Shown: positions 9,167-18,964, counted from the first letter of the stretch. The stretch: 32,000 bases of DNA from Dorea ammoniilytica (GCF_025567415.1 NZ_JAOQJV010000004.1:41903-73902); one strand, 5' to 3'. The notes: a model not told the origin generated them from the sequence alone. Numbers and translations: made by a program.

Positions 9167-9991
9167 CTATCGTTTCAATTTATTGACTGCATCTTCCGCC
9201 TGCTCTGCTGACACGTTAATATGATGATTTTTTAATATATTTTCCGCAAAGGAACATCCTTTTCCCTTTATTGTGTTCATCACAATCACATGAGGTCTTT
9301 CATCATTATTTCTCGCAGTTGTAATTGCAGTATTTAATTCATTAATGTTATGTCCATCTACTTCCTGAACATCCCAATGAAAACTACGGAATTTTTCAGC
9401 AAAGCTATCCATGTTGCATATTTTAGACGTCATATTGTCCAACTGCTGCTTGTTGTCATCAACAAACAGAATCAGATTACCAAGTTTTTGCTGTGCAGCA
9501 AACATAACAGCTTCCCAGTTCTGCCCTTCCTGGCTTTCTCCATCACCAATAATACAGAAAATTGTATTTTCTTTTTGTTCAATCTTCTTAGCGAACGCGA
9601 TTCCGGCAGCCACCGATAGTCCCTGTCCCAGTGAACCGGTTGTCACATCAATTCCCGGTGTCTTTGAATGATCGCAGTGGCTCGGCAATCTTGTTCCCGG
9701 CTGATTTAGGGTATCCAGCCAATCCATTGGGAAAAAGCCTTTCAACGCCAACGCTGCATACACTGCCGGGCCCGCATGACCTTTCGAGCAGATCAACCAA
9801 TCCCGTTCTTCCCATTCTGGATTATCTGCATCATATTTCATCTGTTCTCCGTACAACACACTAAGAAGATCACATATACTCATCGCGCCTCCCATATGTC
9901 CGAAACCTCTTGTTTTCATCTGACGGATTGTCTGAATCCGTATATCCGTGGCAAATTTTTCTAATTCTTCTACTCTTTTCTCTGTTAACAT
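9167..9991 (-). CDS. transketolase, N-terminal (TPP-binding) subunit of a split enzyme
   Basis: HMGGAMS and GDGESQEG TPP motifs. The ATG at 9991 is 8 nt after GGAG. The ORF-track start at 10000 is a GTG that overlaps the RBS. Confidence 0.85.
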   Translation of the reverse strand: MLTEKRVEELEKFATDIRIQTIRQMKTRGFGHMGGAMSICDLLSVLYGEQMKYDADNPEWEERDWLICSKGHAGPAVYAALALKGFFPMDWLDTLNQPGTRLPSHCDHSKTPGIDVTTGSLGQGLSVAAGIAFAKKIEQKENTIFCIIGDGESQEGQNWEAVMFAAQQKLGNLILFVDDNKQQLDNMTSKICNMDSFAEKFRSFHWDVQEVDGHNINELNTAITTARNNDERPHVIVMNTIKGKGCSFAENILKNHHINVSAEQAEDAVNKLKR

Positions 9992-10032
9992 TTTCCACAC
10001 TCCTTTGTTTTATTTTTTATTATTTTAATAAA

Positions 10033-10047
10033 GCAAAAAACATGCCA
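10033..10047 (-). promoter_or_regulatory. sigma-54 (-24/-12) promoter of the transketolase/ADH operon
   Basis: The minus strand reads TGGCAT-GTTTT-TTGC. It ends 42 nt upstream of the transketolase N start codon. Confidence 0.8.
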
Positions 10048-10084
10048 TTTTAGTGTGTTCTTTTCAAAATTTAACACACAAATT

Positions 10085-10099
10085 TGGCACGTTTTTTGC
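10085..10099 (+). promoter_or_regulatory. sigma-54 (-24/-12) promoter immediately upstream of rpoN
   Basis: The plus strand reads TGGCAC-GTTTT-TTGC, an exact consensus. It lies 13 nt before the AGGAGG RBS of rpoN and mirrors the minus-strand promoter 38 bp away. Confidence 0.7.
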
Positions 10100-10129
10100 T
10101 ATTATAAATTATAGGAGGTGATATTCATT

Positions 10130-11434
10130 ATGGAACAAGGTTTTATTTTTTCCCAAAAGCAACAACTGATATTCAGTCAAAAACAGATTCAATCTTTAAA
10201 ACTGCTTGCCATGGACAACTATGAATTAAGTACTTTTTTGCAGGAAGAATATAATGAAAACCCTTTATTGGATGTAAAAAACTCAGATTCTGCAGTTAGT
10301 CGCCCCTTTTCAAAGGCATCAGTAACATCGGATGAGACATTCCAGCCAGAGATACGCGCTCTTGATAATAATTACCTCGTTGATTTTATCATGAACCAGA
10401 TCCATTATTCCGAGTTCAGCACATTAGAATTAAAAATCATGAAGTTGATGATCCTTTTAATGGATGACAAGGGATTCTTTCCATATACGCCAGAGGATCT
10501 GATGGAGTTGTATCACATTCCTGCTGAATCCTCTGCAAAATGTCTTGGCATTTTACAAACTTTGGAACCTTCTGGAATATTCCAGCCGGATATTGCCCAT
10601 TACCTCCTGTATCAGCTTCACATCAACGGCATTGAAAATCAATCTTATACCCGCTTGATTTTAAATCATCTCGATGATATTGCATCTGGAAATCTGAGAA
10701 CTATTGCAGATGACCTCGCCATCTCTGTTCCTGAAGTCCGGCAGATGATCCGGCTGGTTAAACTTTTACCGCCTCCCCCGCTAACAGGCATTGGAGACTC
10801 CACAAACGAATATATCATTCCTGATATAATTGTTGAAAAATCTGAAAACAACTGGAATATCTCTCTGAATGATAACTGGATAGAAAATTATAGTTTAAAT
10901 GATTACTATATCCACATGATGCAGATATCTACAGACGCGCTTTTAAAAGATTACTTTGAGAAAAAATACAAACGGGTACATTTTATTTTCCAACAGATTG
11001 AACAGCGACGGAACACAATTCTTGCGATTTCAAATTCCGTTGTACAACGTCAGGAAGCTTTTTTCAACGGAACTGCACCCTTACATCCCATGACAATGTC
11101 TGATGTTGCAGACGAATTAAATCTTTCTGTCTCAACCATTAGCCGCGGCATAAAAAATAAATACATCCAATATCCAAATGGTATCGTTCCTCTCAAATCA
11201 TTGTTCTCTACAGGATTATCACAGACAGGCAATGAAGAAATCAGTTGTTCACAGGTTACTCTTCTATTACATCAACTGATTCAACATGAAAATAAAGCGA
11301 AACCATTTAGCGATCAGGCTCTTACTAACGCCCTCATTCAAAAAGGTATACATATATCTAGAAGAACCGTAACTAAGTATCGGACATTAGCAAACATCCC
11401 TAATGCTTCCGAAAGAAAAGCAACACTGATTTAA
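10130..11434 (+). CDS. rpoN: RNA polymerase sigma-54 factor
   Basis: Q/L-rich region I (FSQKQQLIFSQKQIQSLKLL..NENPLLD), a C-terminal HTH (LSVSTISRGIKNKY) and the RpoN box SRRTVTKYR. The ATG at 10130 follows AGGAGG. The ORF-track start at 10118 is a GTG inside the RBS. Confidence 0.9.
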   Translation: MEQGFIFSQKQQLIFSQKQIQSLKLLAMDNYELSTFLQEEYNENPLLDVKNSDSAVSRPFSKASVTSDETFQPEIRALDNNYLVDFIMNQIHYSEFSTLELKIMKLMILLMDDKGFFPYTPEDLMELYHIPAESSAKCLGILQTLEPSGIFQPDIAHYLLYQLHINGIENQSYTRLILNHLDDIASGNLRTIADDLAISVPEVRQMIRLVKLLPPPPLTGIGDSTNEYIIPDIIVEKSENNWNISLNDNWIENYSLNDYYIHMMQISTDALLKDYFEKKYKRVHFIFQQIEQRRNTILAISNSVVQRQEAFFNGTAPLHPMTMSDVADELNLSVSTISRGIKNKYIQYPNGIVPLKSLFSTGLSQTGNEEISCSQVTLLLHQLIQHENKAKPFSDQALTNALIQKGIHISRRTVTKYRTLANIPNASERKATLI

Positions 11435-11448
11435 CAGTGTTGCTTTTC
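11415..11448. terminator. bidirectional rho-independent terminator between convergent rpoN and lysC
   Basis: Perfect 14-bp stem GAAAAGCAACACTG / CAGTGTTGCTTTTC with a 6-nt loop that contains the rpoN TAA. A/T runs lie on both sides. Confidence 0.8.
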
Positions 11449-11449
11449 T

Positions 11450-12661
11450 TTATTCCAGCTGTCCGGCAAATCCGTCGTGTACAGCATTCAATGCTTTCTC
11501 TACATCCTTTTTATCAACCAGTACTGTAATACGGATCTCGGATGTAGCAATCATATTGATGTTAATTCTCGCATTATAGAGAGTCTCGAACATCTTAGCA
11601 GCCACACCAGGATTACTCATCATACCGGCACCGACTACAGAAATCTTAGCCACATCTCTATTGCTTGTGATTTCTTTAATCGTCAGTGCTTCTTTGTGAT
11701 CCTCCAGAATATGGATTGCATCATCCAGATCATCCTCGGATACAGTAAATGAAATATCCTTAGTTCCATCTCGTCCCACTGACTGCAGGATGATATCTAC
11801 GTTAATATTATTTTTTGCAAGTGTATTGAAAATGCGAAATGCAGTTCCCGGCTGATCGTCTACTCCGATCACTGAGATTCTTGCGGTATTCGTATCGGCT
11901 GCAACGCCTGTGATTAACATTTTTTCCATTTTGACTTTCTCCTTGATCACTGTACCTTCTGAACGGTTCAGGCTGGATCTTACCACCAGCTCTACGCCGT
12001 ATTTTTTAGCCATTTCCACCGATCTGTTATGTAAGACTTTCGCTCCAAGAGAGGCTAACTCCAGCATCTCATCATAGGTCACTTCATCCAGTTTCATCGC
12101 ATTCTTTACGATTCTCGGATCAGCTGTGTAGACACCGTCGACATCCGTAAATATCTCACACCTGTCAGCATGTAACGCCGCTGCCAGTGCCACTGCTGTG
12201 GTATCTGATCCACCTCGGCCAAGTGTCGTCAGATCATCATATTTATTAACGCCCTGAAAACCGGTCACGATTACAATCTTTCGTGAATCCAGCTCGTGGG
12301 TAATACGATCTGTATCAATCCTCTTGAATCTTGCATTGCCATACCGTTCTGTAGAATGCATCTGCACCTGAAACGCATTCAGCGATACTGCAGGCACATC
12401 CAGGCTCTGCATAGCCATAGCCATCAGGGATACGGATACCTGTTCTCCTGTTGTCAGGAGCATATCCAACTCTCTTTTCTTTGGATTAGCATGAATGCTA
12501 TGTGCCATAGCGATCAGATCATCGGTCGTATCTCCCATTGCTGACAATACTACTACTACATCATGACCGGCTCTGTAATCTTCGATGCATCTCTCTGCCA
12601 CGCGAAATATTCTTGTTTTATTAGCCACAGAACTTCCGCCAAACTTTTTTACAATTAACAT
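11450..12661 (-). CDS. lysC: aspartate kinase
   Basis: MLIVKKFGGSSV.. N-terminus, kinase core and two C-terminal ACT-like regions. 403 aa. Confidence 0.9.
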   Translation of the reverse strand: MLIVKKFGGSSVANKTRIFRVAERCIEDYRAGHDVVVVLSAMGDTTDDLIAMAHSIHANPKKRELDMLLTTGEQVSVSLMAMAMQSLDVPAVSLNAFQVQMHSTERYGNARFKRIDTDRITHELDSRKIVIVTGFQGVNKYDDLTTLGRGGSDTTAVALAAALHADRCEIFTDVDGVYTADPRIVKNAMKLDEVTYDEMLELASLGAKVLHNRSVEMAKKYGVELVVRSSLNRSEGTVIKEKVKMEKMLITGVAADTNTARISVIGVDDQPGTAFRIFNTLAKNNINVDIILQSVGRDGTKDISFTVSEDDLDDAIHILEDHKEALTIKEITSNRDVAKISVVGAGMMSNPGVAAKMFETLYNARININMIATSEIRITVLVDKKDVEKALNAVHDGFAGQLE

Positions 12662-12670
12662 AGTTCCTCC

Positions 12671-13873
12671 TTAGCATTCCAGAAGATGATCAATCAATCG
12701 ATAACCATCCTTCCAAATGCATGTGCTCTTTGCTGCTTCTTTTTCATTATATGTATGAATTCCGTCTATTGCCTTTCTACTGTCGTAGATCATATACGGA
12801 ACCGGCTCAGATGTATGTGTTCTCACACAGATCGGCGTCGGATGATCCGGAAGTATCATTAGTCTGTAATCTTCTCCCGACCGGTCCATTGCTTCCGTAA
12901 TCCTTGCCACAACACGACCGTCCACATTCTCAATTGCTGTAATCTTATCCGTCACAGAACCCATGTGTCCCATCTCATCCGGTGCTTCTACATGTACATA
13001 AGCAAAATCATAACCATCCTCTAACAATGCGTGGATTGCCGCATCTGCTTTGCCCTCATAATTGGTATGCAGTCCACCATTGGCACCTTCTACGATAATG
13101 CGATCCATATCTGCACCGACTGCAATTCCTTTCAACAGATCCACCGCCGAGATCATCACACCCTTTTTGCCGGTCTTTTCTTCAAATGATGCAAGTGCCG
13201 GTCTGGTACCTGCACCCCAGAACCATGCAGAATTAGCCGGGTTCAGTCCCTGCTTCTTACGCTCTACATTGATCGGATGATCTTTCAATATCTCATAGCT
13301 CTTCTTCATCATGTCAAGGAGTACCAGATCCTTCGGCAGGTATTCTCCAACGGTCTTTGTCAGGATATCATGCGGCGCCGTAAGTTCTAACACTTTACCA
13401 TGTTTCCAGATCAGAAGATGACGGTAACTGGTACCTGCGTAGAATTCATAACCTTCTCTTTTCAGGCCTTCTTTTAATGCCTCTAACAAAACGGTAGAAT
13501 CTTCGGTACTGATCTCACTGGAACTATGATCGATGATCTTCTGATCTTCGTAAGCACCACCATCTTCCGTCAGTGTCACAAGATTACAGCGGAACGACAC
13601 ATCATCTGCTGCCATATCTACACCGATACTGAGTGCTTCTAACGGTGATCTTCCGGTATAATAAATCTTCGGATCATATCCCATTACTGACAGATTGGCG
13701 GTATCACTTCCCGGTGCCATTCCTTCCGGCACCATAGATGCCAGTCCGATCTCCGCTTTCTCTGCAAGGCGGTCAAAATTCGGTGTATCAGCAGCTTCCA
13801 GCGTTGTCTTACCGCCCAATTTCTCCAGCGGTCTTCCTGCCATTCCGTCACTTAACACGATGATATATTTCAT
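12671..13873 (-). CDS. ApgM-type cofactor-independent phosphoglycerate-mutase homologue; likely the 'proposed homoserine kinase' clade
   Basis: MKYIIVLSDGMAGRPL..TPNFDRLA..GSDTANLSVMGYDP.. metalloenzyme-superfamily signature. It is wedged 3 nt after hom and 9 nt before lysC. Confidence 0.7.
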   Translation of the reverse strand: MKYIIVLSDGMAGRPLEKLGGKTTLEAADTPNFDRLAEKAEIGLASMVPEGMAPGSDTANLSVMGYDPKIYYTGRSPLEALSIGVDMAADDVSFRCNLVTLTEDGGAYEDQKIIDHSSSEISTEDSTVLLEALKEGLKREGYEFYAGTSYRHLLIWKHGKVLELTAPHDILTKTVGEYLPKDLVLLDMMKKSYEILKDHPINVERKKQGLNPANSAWFWGAGTRPALASFEEKTGKKGVMISAVDLLKGIAVGADMDRIIVEGANGGLHTNYEGKADAAIHALLEDGYDFAYVHVEAPDEMGHMGSVTDKITAIENVDGRVVARITEAMDRSGEDYRLMILPDHPTPICVRTHTSEPVPYMIYDSRKAIDGIHTYNEKEAAKSTCIWKDGYRLIDHLLEC

Positions 13874-13876
13874 AAA

Positions 13877-15097
13877 CTAGTCCTCCACGCGAATCATGCT
13901 GATAATATCTTCTGTATAATCAGACACTTTTTTCTCATATAAGCCCTCTTTCATGGATTCTGTCACAAATCCGAACTCTCCGGCAATCTCCGGAACTTCA
14001 ACATACTGTAGCATTCCGAAAGATGCTTCCAGTTTCTGCTGAAGTTCTTCTTTCTTACCTTTGATACGTACAAAGAAACGATGCTCAACTTCTTCCTGTT
14101 TCTGGATTTGAAGTTTCTCCTCGCTCCATCCATAGCCAAGATTATAACCGATATTCTTAACTGCTTCGACCACATCACCAACTACAGCACTGGCCGTTGG
14201 AAGCTTGCCTGCGCCACTTCCGTAGAACATCGCATCGCCCAGCATATTGCCATGTACAAATACTGAATTAAAGACTCCGTTAACACTGAACAGTGGATGA
14301 TCCTGACTCAGAAGACACGGAGATACCATGGCACTAAGCGTCTCACCATGTCTCTTGCATGTTGCAAGAAGCTTCACCGTTCGTCCCATTACCTTTGCAT
14401 ACTGCATATCTTCTACTGTTACTTTCGTAATACCTTCACAGTAAAGGTCTTCAAAATCTACCTGCTTACCGGAAATAATAGACGCCAGGATTGCAATCTT
14501 ACGGCAAGCGTCATAGCCCTCCACATCTGCCTCCGGATTACGCTCTGCAAATCCATTGTCCTGTGCCTCTTTTAACACATCATCGTATCCGGCGCCTTCA
14601 TAAAACATCTTAGTCATCATATAGTTGGTTGTTCCATTCAGAATTCCCACGATCTCTTCGATCACGTCTCCAGTCAGAGATTCATACAAGCTTCTGAGGA
14701 TTGGAATGCCTCCACCCACACTTGCTTCATAGAAGAAATTCACATTCTGCTCTTTTGCAACACGAATCAACTCTGCGCCATGCTTTGCCACCAATGCCTT
14801 ATTCGATGTAGCAACATTCTTTCCTGCCAGAAGACTTCTCTTTACAAATGTATAAGCCGGTTCAATACCACCCATCACTTCTACAACGATCTGAACTTCT
14901 TCGTCATTTACGATCTCTTCAAAATCATGAGTGATTACCTCCTGCACCGGATCTCCCGGAAAATCTCTCAGATCCAGTACATATTTTACTTCCAGTTCTT
15001 CTCCTGCTCTCTGCGCGATCACTTCACGATTGGTACGGAGTACCTCATAGACTCCGGATCCTACTGTTCCATATCCAAGCACTGCTATCTTTGCCAT
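13877..15097 (-). CDS. hom: homoserine dehydrogenase
   Basis: MAKIAVLGYGTVGSGV Rossmann N-terminus, a catalytic region and a C-terminal ACT-like domain. Its RBS lies inside the prfB 3' end. Confidence 0.9.
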   Translation of the reverse strand: MAKIAVLGYGTVGSGVYEVLRTNREVIAQRAGEELEVKYVLDLRDFPGDPVQEVITHDFEEIVNDEEVQIVVEVMGGIEPAYTFVKRSLLAGKNVATSNKALVAKHGAELIRVAKEQNVNFFYEASVGGGIPILRSLYESLTGDVIEEIVGILNGTTNYMMTKMFYEGAGYDDVLKEAQDNGFAERNPEADVEGYDACRKIAILASIISGKQVDFEDLYCEGITKVTVEDMQYAKVMGRTVKLLATCKRHGETLSAMVSPCLLSQDHPLFSVNGVFNSVFVHGNMLGDAMFYGSGAGKLPTASAVVGDVVEAVKNIGYNLGYGWSEEKLQIQKQEEVEHRFFVRIKGKKEELQQKLEASFGMLQYVEVPEIAGEFGFVTESMKEGLYEKKVSDYTEDIISMIRVED

Positions 15098-15102
15098 ATC
15101 TT

Positions 15103-16213
15103 CTACCCTTTCCTCTGTTCCTGTAAAAAAGCATTAATAAATGGTTCCAATGCTCCGTCCAGCACTGCGCCGACGTTGCTGCTCTCCGCACCTGTCCGGT
15201 GATCCTTCACCAACGTATACGGCTGCATAACATATGAACGGATCTGATTGCCAAATCCGATCTCTTTGATCTCACCACGGATATCTGACACCTTATCCGC
15301 CTGCTCCTGCTCTTTCAGGAGCTTTAACTTCGCTTTCAGCATCTGCATTGCCTTATCACGGTTATGATGCTGTGAACGTTCATTCTGGCACTGTACCACA
15401 ATTCCTGTCGGCAGATGCGTGATACGGATTGCCGATGATGTCTTATTGACATGCTGACCACCCGCTCCACTGGCTCGATAGGTATCGATCTTCAGTTCAT
15501 CATCACTGAGTTCAATATCATCAATATTATCCTCAATATCCGGAATCACATCACAGGATGCAAATGATGTCTGTCTCTTTCCTGCAGAATTAAATGGCGA
15601 AATACGCACCAGGCGGTGTACGCCTTTTTCAGACTTAAAATATCCATAGGCATTCTCACCACTGACCTCAAACGTAACCGTCTTAATCCCCGCCACATCT
15701 CCTTCCAGAAAGTCCAGTACCTTCACACCGAATCCTTTGCGCTCCGCAAATCTGCTGTACATGCGGTACAGCATGCTCGCCCAGTCACAGGACTCCGTTC
15801 CGCCAGCTCCTGCATGAAGTGTTACAATTGCATTATACTTATCATATTCGCCCGACAGAAGCGTCTGGATGCGCAGGCTCTCATAACCCTCTTCAAATGC
15901 ATTCAGCTCTTCTTCTATCTCAGGAAGCACCGATTCGTCTTCTTCCTCATACGCCATCTCAATCAACAGTCCAATATCTTCATAGCTCTGTTCCAGATGT
16001 TCCACTGTCTCTACCTGATCTTTTAGATCTTTGAGATCCTTCATAATCTTCTGGCTTTCTTCCGGTTCATCCCAGAATCCCGGTTCTTCCATCTTACGTT
16101 CTAATTCTTCAATCCTCTGTTTCTTTCCAGGGATGTCAAAGTGAATCCCTCATTTCAGCAAGTGGGCTCTCGTAAGCACTGAGCCGTCCTTTATACTGGT
16201 CCAGTTCTACCAC
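15103..16213 (-). CDS. prfB: peptide chain release factor 2, requiring a programmed +1 frameshift
   Basis: The main ORF 15103..16092 carries the GGQ motif (SGAGGQHVNKT). A short upstream frame starts at GTG 16213 (RBS AAGAGGTG): VVELDQYKGRLSAYESPLAEMRDSL-TGA. Shifting +1 at CTT TGA C joins ..DIPGKKQRIEELERKMEEPGFWD. Confidence 0.9.
16135..16141 (-). other. prfB +1 frameshift site CTT-TGA-C with an upstream SD-like GAGGGA
   Basis: The minus strand reads ATGAGGGATTCA CTT TGA C. This is the canonical RF2 autoregulatory slippery/stop context. Confidence 0.85.
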
Positions 16214-16257
16214 ACTATCACCTCTTTCTATCTTAAATGCATGAGATACTGGGACAT

Positions 16258-18822
16258 TTATTTACGCCCGCAGCACTGTTTATACTTCTTACCGCTTCCA
16301 CATGGACATGGATCATTTGGATAGATCTTCTTATTTTCACGCTTCTTCGGTGCACGTACGGCACTTTCATCCTTATTCGTACCGGTCACCTTGGCTACTT
16401 CTTCGCGTTCTGCTTTCTGCTCGATCTTCACACGGTATAATGCACGGATCGTATCAGCAGAAATTGCTCTTGTCATCTCATCAAACATCTCATATCCGAT
16501 CATCTTGTACTCAACCTTCGGATCTCTCTGACCATATGCCTGCAATCCAATACCCTGACGCAGCTGATCCATGTCATCGATGTGATCCATCCATTTATTA
16601 TCGATAACCTTCAAAAGAACCACTCGCTCCAGTTCACGGATATGCTCCGGTTCCGGGAACTCTGCTTCTTTCTGCTCATACAGCTTCACCGCACGCTCTT
16701 TCAGCATATGCTTCAGCTTCTTAGCATTCATATCCTTAACTTCTTCCGGTGCAACCGGCTTCATCGGGATTACATTGCAGAGGCTTACATTAAAATTCAC
16801 CAGATCCCAGTCTTCCGGATCTGCATCCGCAGGAATATCACTGTCTACCAGATTCTCCACATATTCTGTGATCATATGGATGATAGAATCACGCATACTC
16901 TCGCCGTCCAGTACCTTCTTCCTCTCAGAGTAGATGATCTCTCTCTGCTCATTCATTACCTGATCATATTCCAACAGGTTCTTACGAATACCAAAGTTGT
17001 TATTCTCAATCTTCTCCTGTGCCTTCTCGATTGCACTGGATAACATCTTATGCTCAATCTGTTCGCCATCTTCTACACCAAGTGCATTAAACACGCTCAT
17101 CAGACGTTCAGAACCAAACAAACGCATCAGATCATCTTCCAGAGAAATGTAGAATCTGGATTCACCCGGATCTCCCTGTCGTCCGGCACGTCCACGGAGC
17201 TGATTGTCAATACGTCTGGACTCATGACGCTCTGTACCGATGATCTTAAGACCGCCGGCTTTTCTTGCCGCATCGTCCAGCTTAATATCCGTACCACGAC
17301 CGGCCATATTAGTAGCAATCGTTACTGCTCCATGCTGACCTGCCTGCGCTACAATCTCAGCTTCCATCTCATGAAACTTGGCATTCAATACATTATGCTG
17401 TACACCTCTTCGCTTCAGCATACCACTCAGAAGTTCCGATACCTCGATCGTGATCGTACCAACCAGCACCGGCTGTCCTTTGGCATGTGCTTCTTCTACT
17501 GCATCGCAGACTGCTCTGTATTTTTCTTTCTGCGTCTTATATACGGCATCATCCAGATCCTGACGGATGACCGGCTTATTGGTCGGGATTTCTACAACGT
17601 CCATTCCGTAGATCTCACGGAACTCCTTCTCCTCTGTCAGCGCGGTACCTGTCATACCACTCTTCTTCTCGTATTTATTAAACAGATTCTGGAATGTAAT
17701 GGTCGCCAGCGTCTTACTCTCACGTTTCACCTTTACATGTTCCTTCGCCTCAATCGCCTGATGCAGACCATCAGAATAACGGCGTCCCGGCATGATACGT
17801 CCGGTAAATTCATCTACGATCAGTACTTCATCATCCTTAACCACATAATCCTGGTCACGGAACATCAGGTTATGCGCACGGAGTGCCAGGATAATGTTAT
17901 GCTGGATTTCCAGGTTCTCCGGATCAGCCAGATTGTCCAGATGGAAGAACTTCTCTACCTTCTTCACACCATCTTCTGTCAGGTTGATGTTCTTTTCCTT
18001 CTCATCTACGATAAAGTCTCCGGTTTCCTCAATCTCTTCTCCCATGATGGCGTTGATCTTAGAGAACTCTCCGCTGGCTTCACCTTTTTCCATCTGTCTT
18101 GCAAGAATGTCACATGCTTCATAAAGCTTCGTTGACTTGCCGCTCTGTCCGGAAATGATCAGTGGTGTACGTGCTTCATCGATCAATACAGAGTCGACCT
18201 CATCGATAACAGCAAACTTCATACCGCGCTGTACCAGCTGTTCCTTGTAAATGACCATGTTATCTCTCAGATAATCAAATCCGAGTTCGTTATTTGTTAC
18301 GTAAGTAATGTCGCAGTTATAAGCAGCACGACGTTCTTCTTTGTCCATACTGTTCAGTACTACGCCGACTGTCAGTCCCAGAAATTCATGTACCTGTCCC
18401 ATCCACTCTGAGTCACGCTTTGCCAGATAGTCATTGACCGTAACGATATGTACACCTTCTCCTGTCAATGCATTCAGATATGCCGGAAGGGTAGATACCA
18501 GTGTCTTACCTTCACCAGTCTTCATCTCAGCGATACGTCCCTGATGAAGAACGACACCGCCGACTAACTGTACACGGAAATGACGCATGCCAAGTACTCT
18601 GACAGACGCCTCTCTCACCGTCGCGTACGCCTCTGGAAGCAGGTCATCCAAAGACTCTCCTTCTGCATAACGTTCTTTGTATTCACGGGTTTTGTCCCGA
18701 AGCTCTGCATCCGACAGCTTCTGCATCTCCGGCTCCAGTGCTTCTATGCGATCCACGATAGGATAAATTCGCTTTAATTCATTTTCACTATGTGTTCCAA
18801 ACAACTTTTGTAATAAGCCCAT
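16258..18822 (-). CDS. secA: preprotein translocase ATPase SecA
   Basis: 854 aa with DEAD-like motor motifs ([28 protein letters not shown]) and a C-terminal zinc-binding tail [14 protein letters not shown]. Confidence 0.95.
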   Translation of the reverse strand: MGLLQKLFGTHSENELKRIYPIVDRIEALEPEMQKLSDAELRDKTREYKERYAEGESLDDLLPEAYATVREASVRVLGMRHFRVQLVGGVVLHQGRIAEMKTGEGKTLVSTLPAYLNALTGEGVHIVTVNDYLAKRDSEWMGQVHEFLGLTVGVVLNSMDKEERRAAYNCDITYVTNNELGFDYLRDNMVIYKEQLVQRGMKFAVIDEVDSVLIDEARTPLIISGQSGKSTKLYEACDILARQMEKGEASGEFSKINAIMGEEIEETGDFIVDEKEKNINLTEDGVKKVEKFFHLDNLADPENLEIQHNIILALRAHNLMFRDQDYVVKDDEVLIVDEFTGRIMPGRRYSDGLHQAIEAKEHVKVKRESKTLATITFQNLFNKYEKKSGMTGTALTEEKEFREIYGMDVVEIPTNKPVIRQDLDDAVYKTQKEKYRAVCDAVEEAHAKGQPVLVGTITIEVSELLSGMLKRRGVQHNVLNAKFHEMEAEIVAQAGQHGAVTIATNMAGRGTDIKLDDAARKAGGLKIIGTERHESRRIDNQLRGRAGRQGDPGESRFYISLEDDLMRLFGSERLMSVFNALGVEDGEQIEHKMLSSAIEKAQEKIENNNFGIRKNLLEYDQVMNEQREIIYSERKKVLDGESMRDSIIHMITEYVENLVDSDIPADADPEDWDLVNFNVSLCNVIPMKPVAPEEVKDMNAKKLKHMLKERAVKLYEQKEAEFPEPEHIRELERVVLLKVIDNKWMDHIDDMDQLRQGIGLQAYGQRDPKVEYKMIGYEMFDEMTRAISADTIRALYRVKIEQKAEREEVAKVTGTNKDESAVRAPKKRENKKIYPNDPCPCGSGKKYKQCCGRK

Positions 18823-18875
18823 ATTGGTAACTCCTCGTTTTCATTAATTCTATAAAATAACTATTTTATTGTACC

Positions 18876-18904
18876 ACTAACCCTCATCCAATTCAATCAT
18901 TTCA
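18876..18904 (-). promoter_or_regulatory. candidate sigma-70 promoter for secA
   Basis: The minus strand reads TTGAAT-17 nt-TACAAT with TGg immediately upstream of the -10. It lies about 55 nt upstream of the secA ATG. Confidence 0.5.
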
Positions 18905-18964
18905 ACTACTGAAAGTACAGGATCAACCGTACAGATTCAGGTCATCAGACTCCCGCTATCATTC

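Noticed and set aside
17050-18135. 361-aa plus-strand ORF (and several shorter ones) overlapping secA
   Set aside because: It is antisense to a gene with unmistakable SecA motifs. The product is a low-complexity L/F/I/C/H-rich string with no RBS or recognisable domain, which is typical of the stop-poor antisense frame of a long gene.
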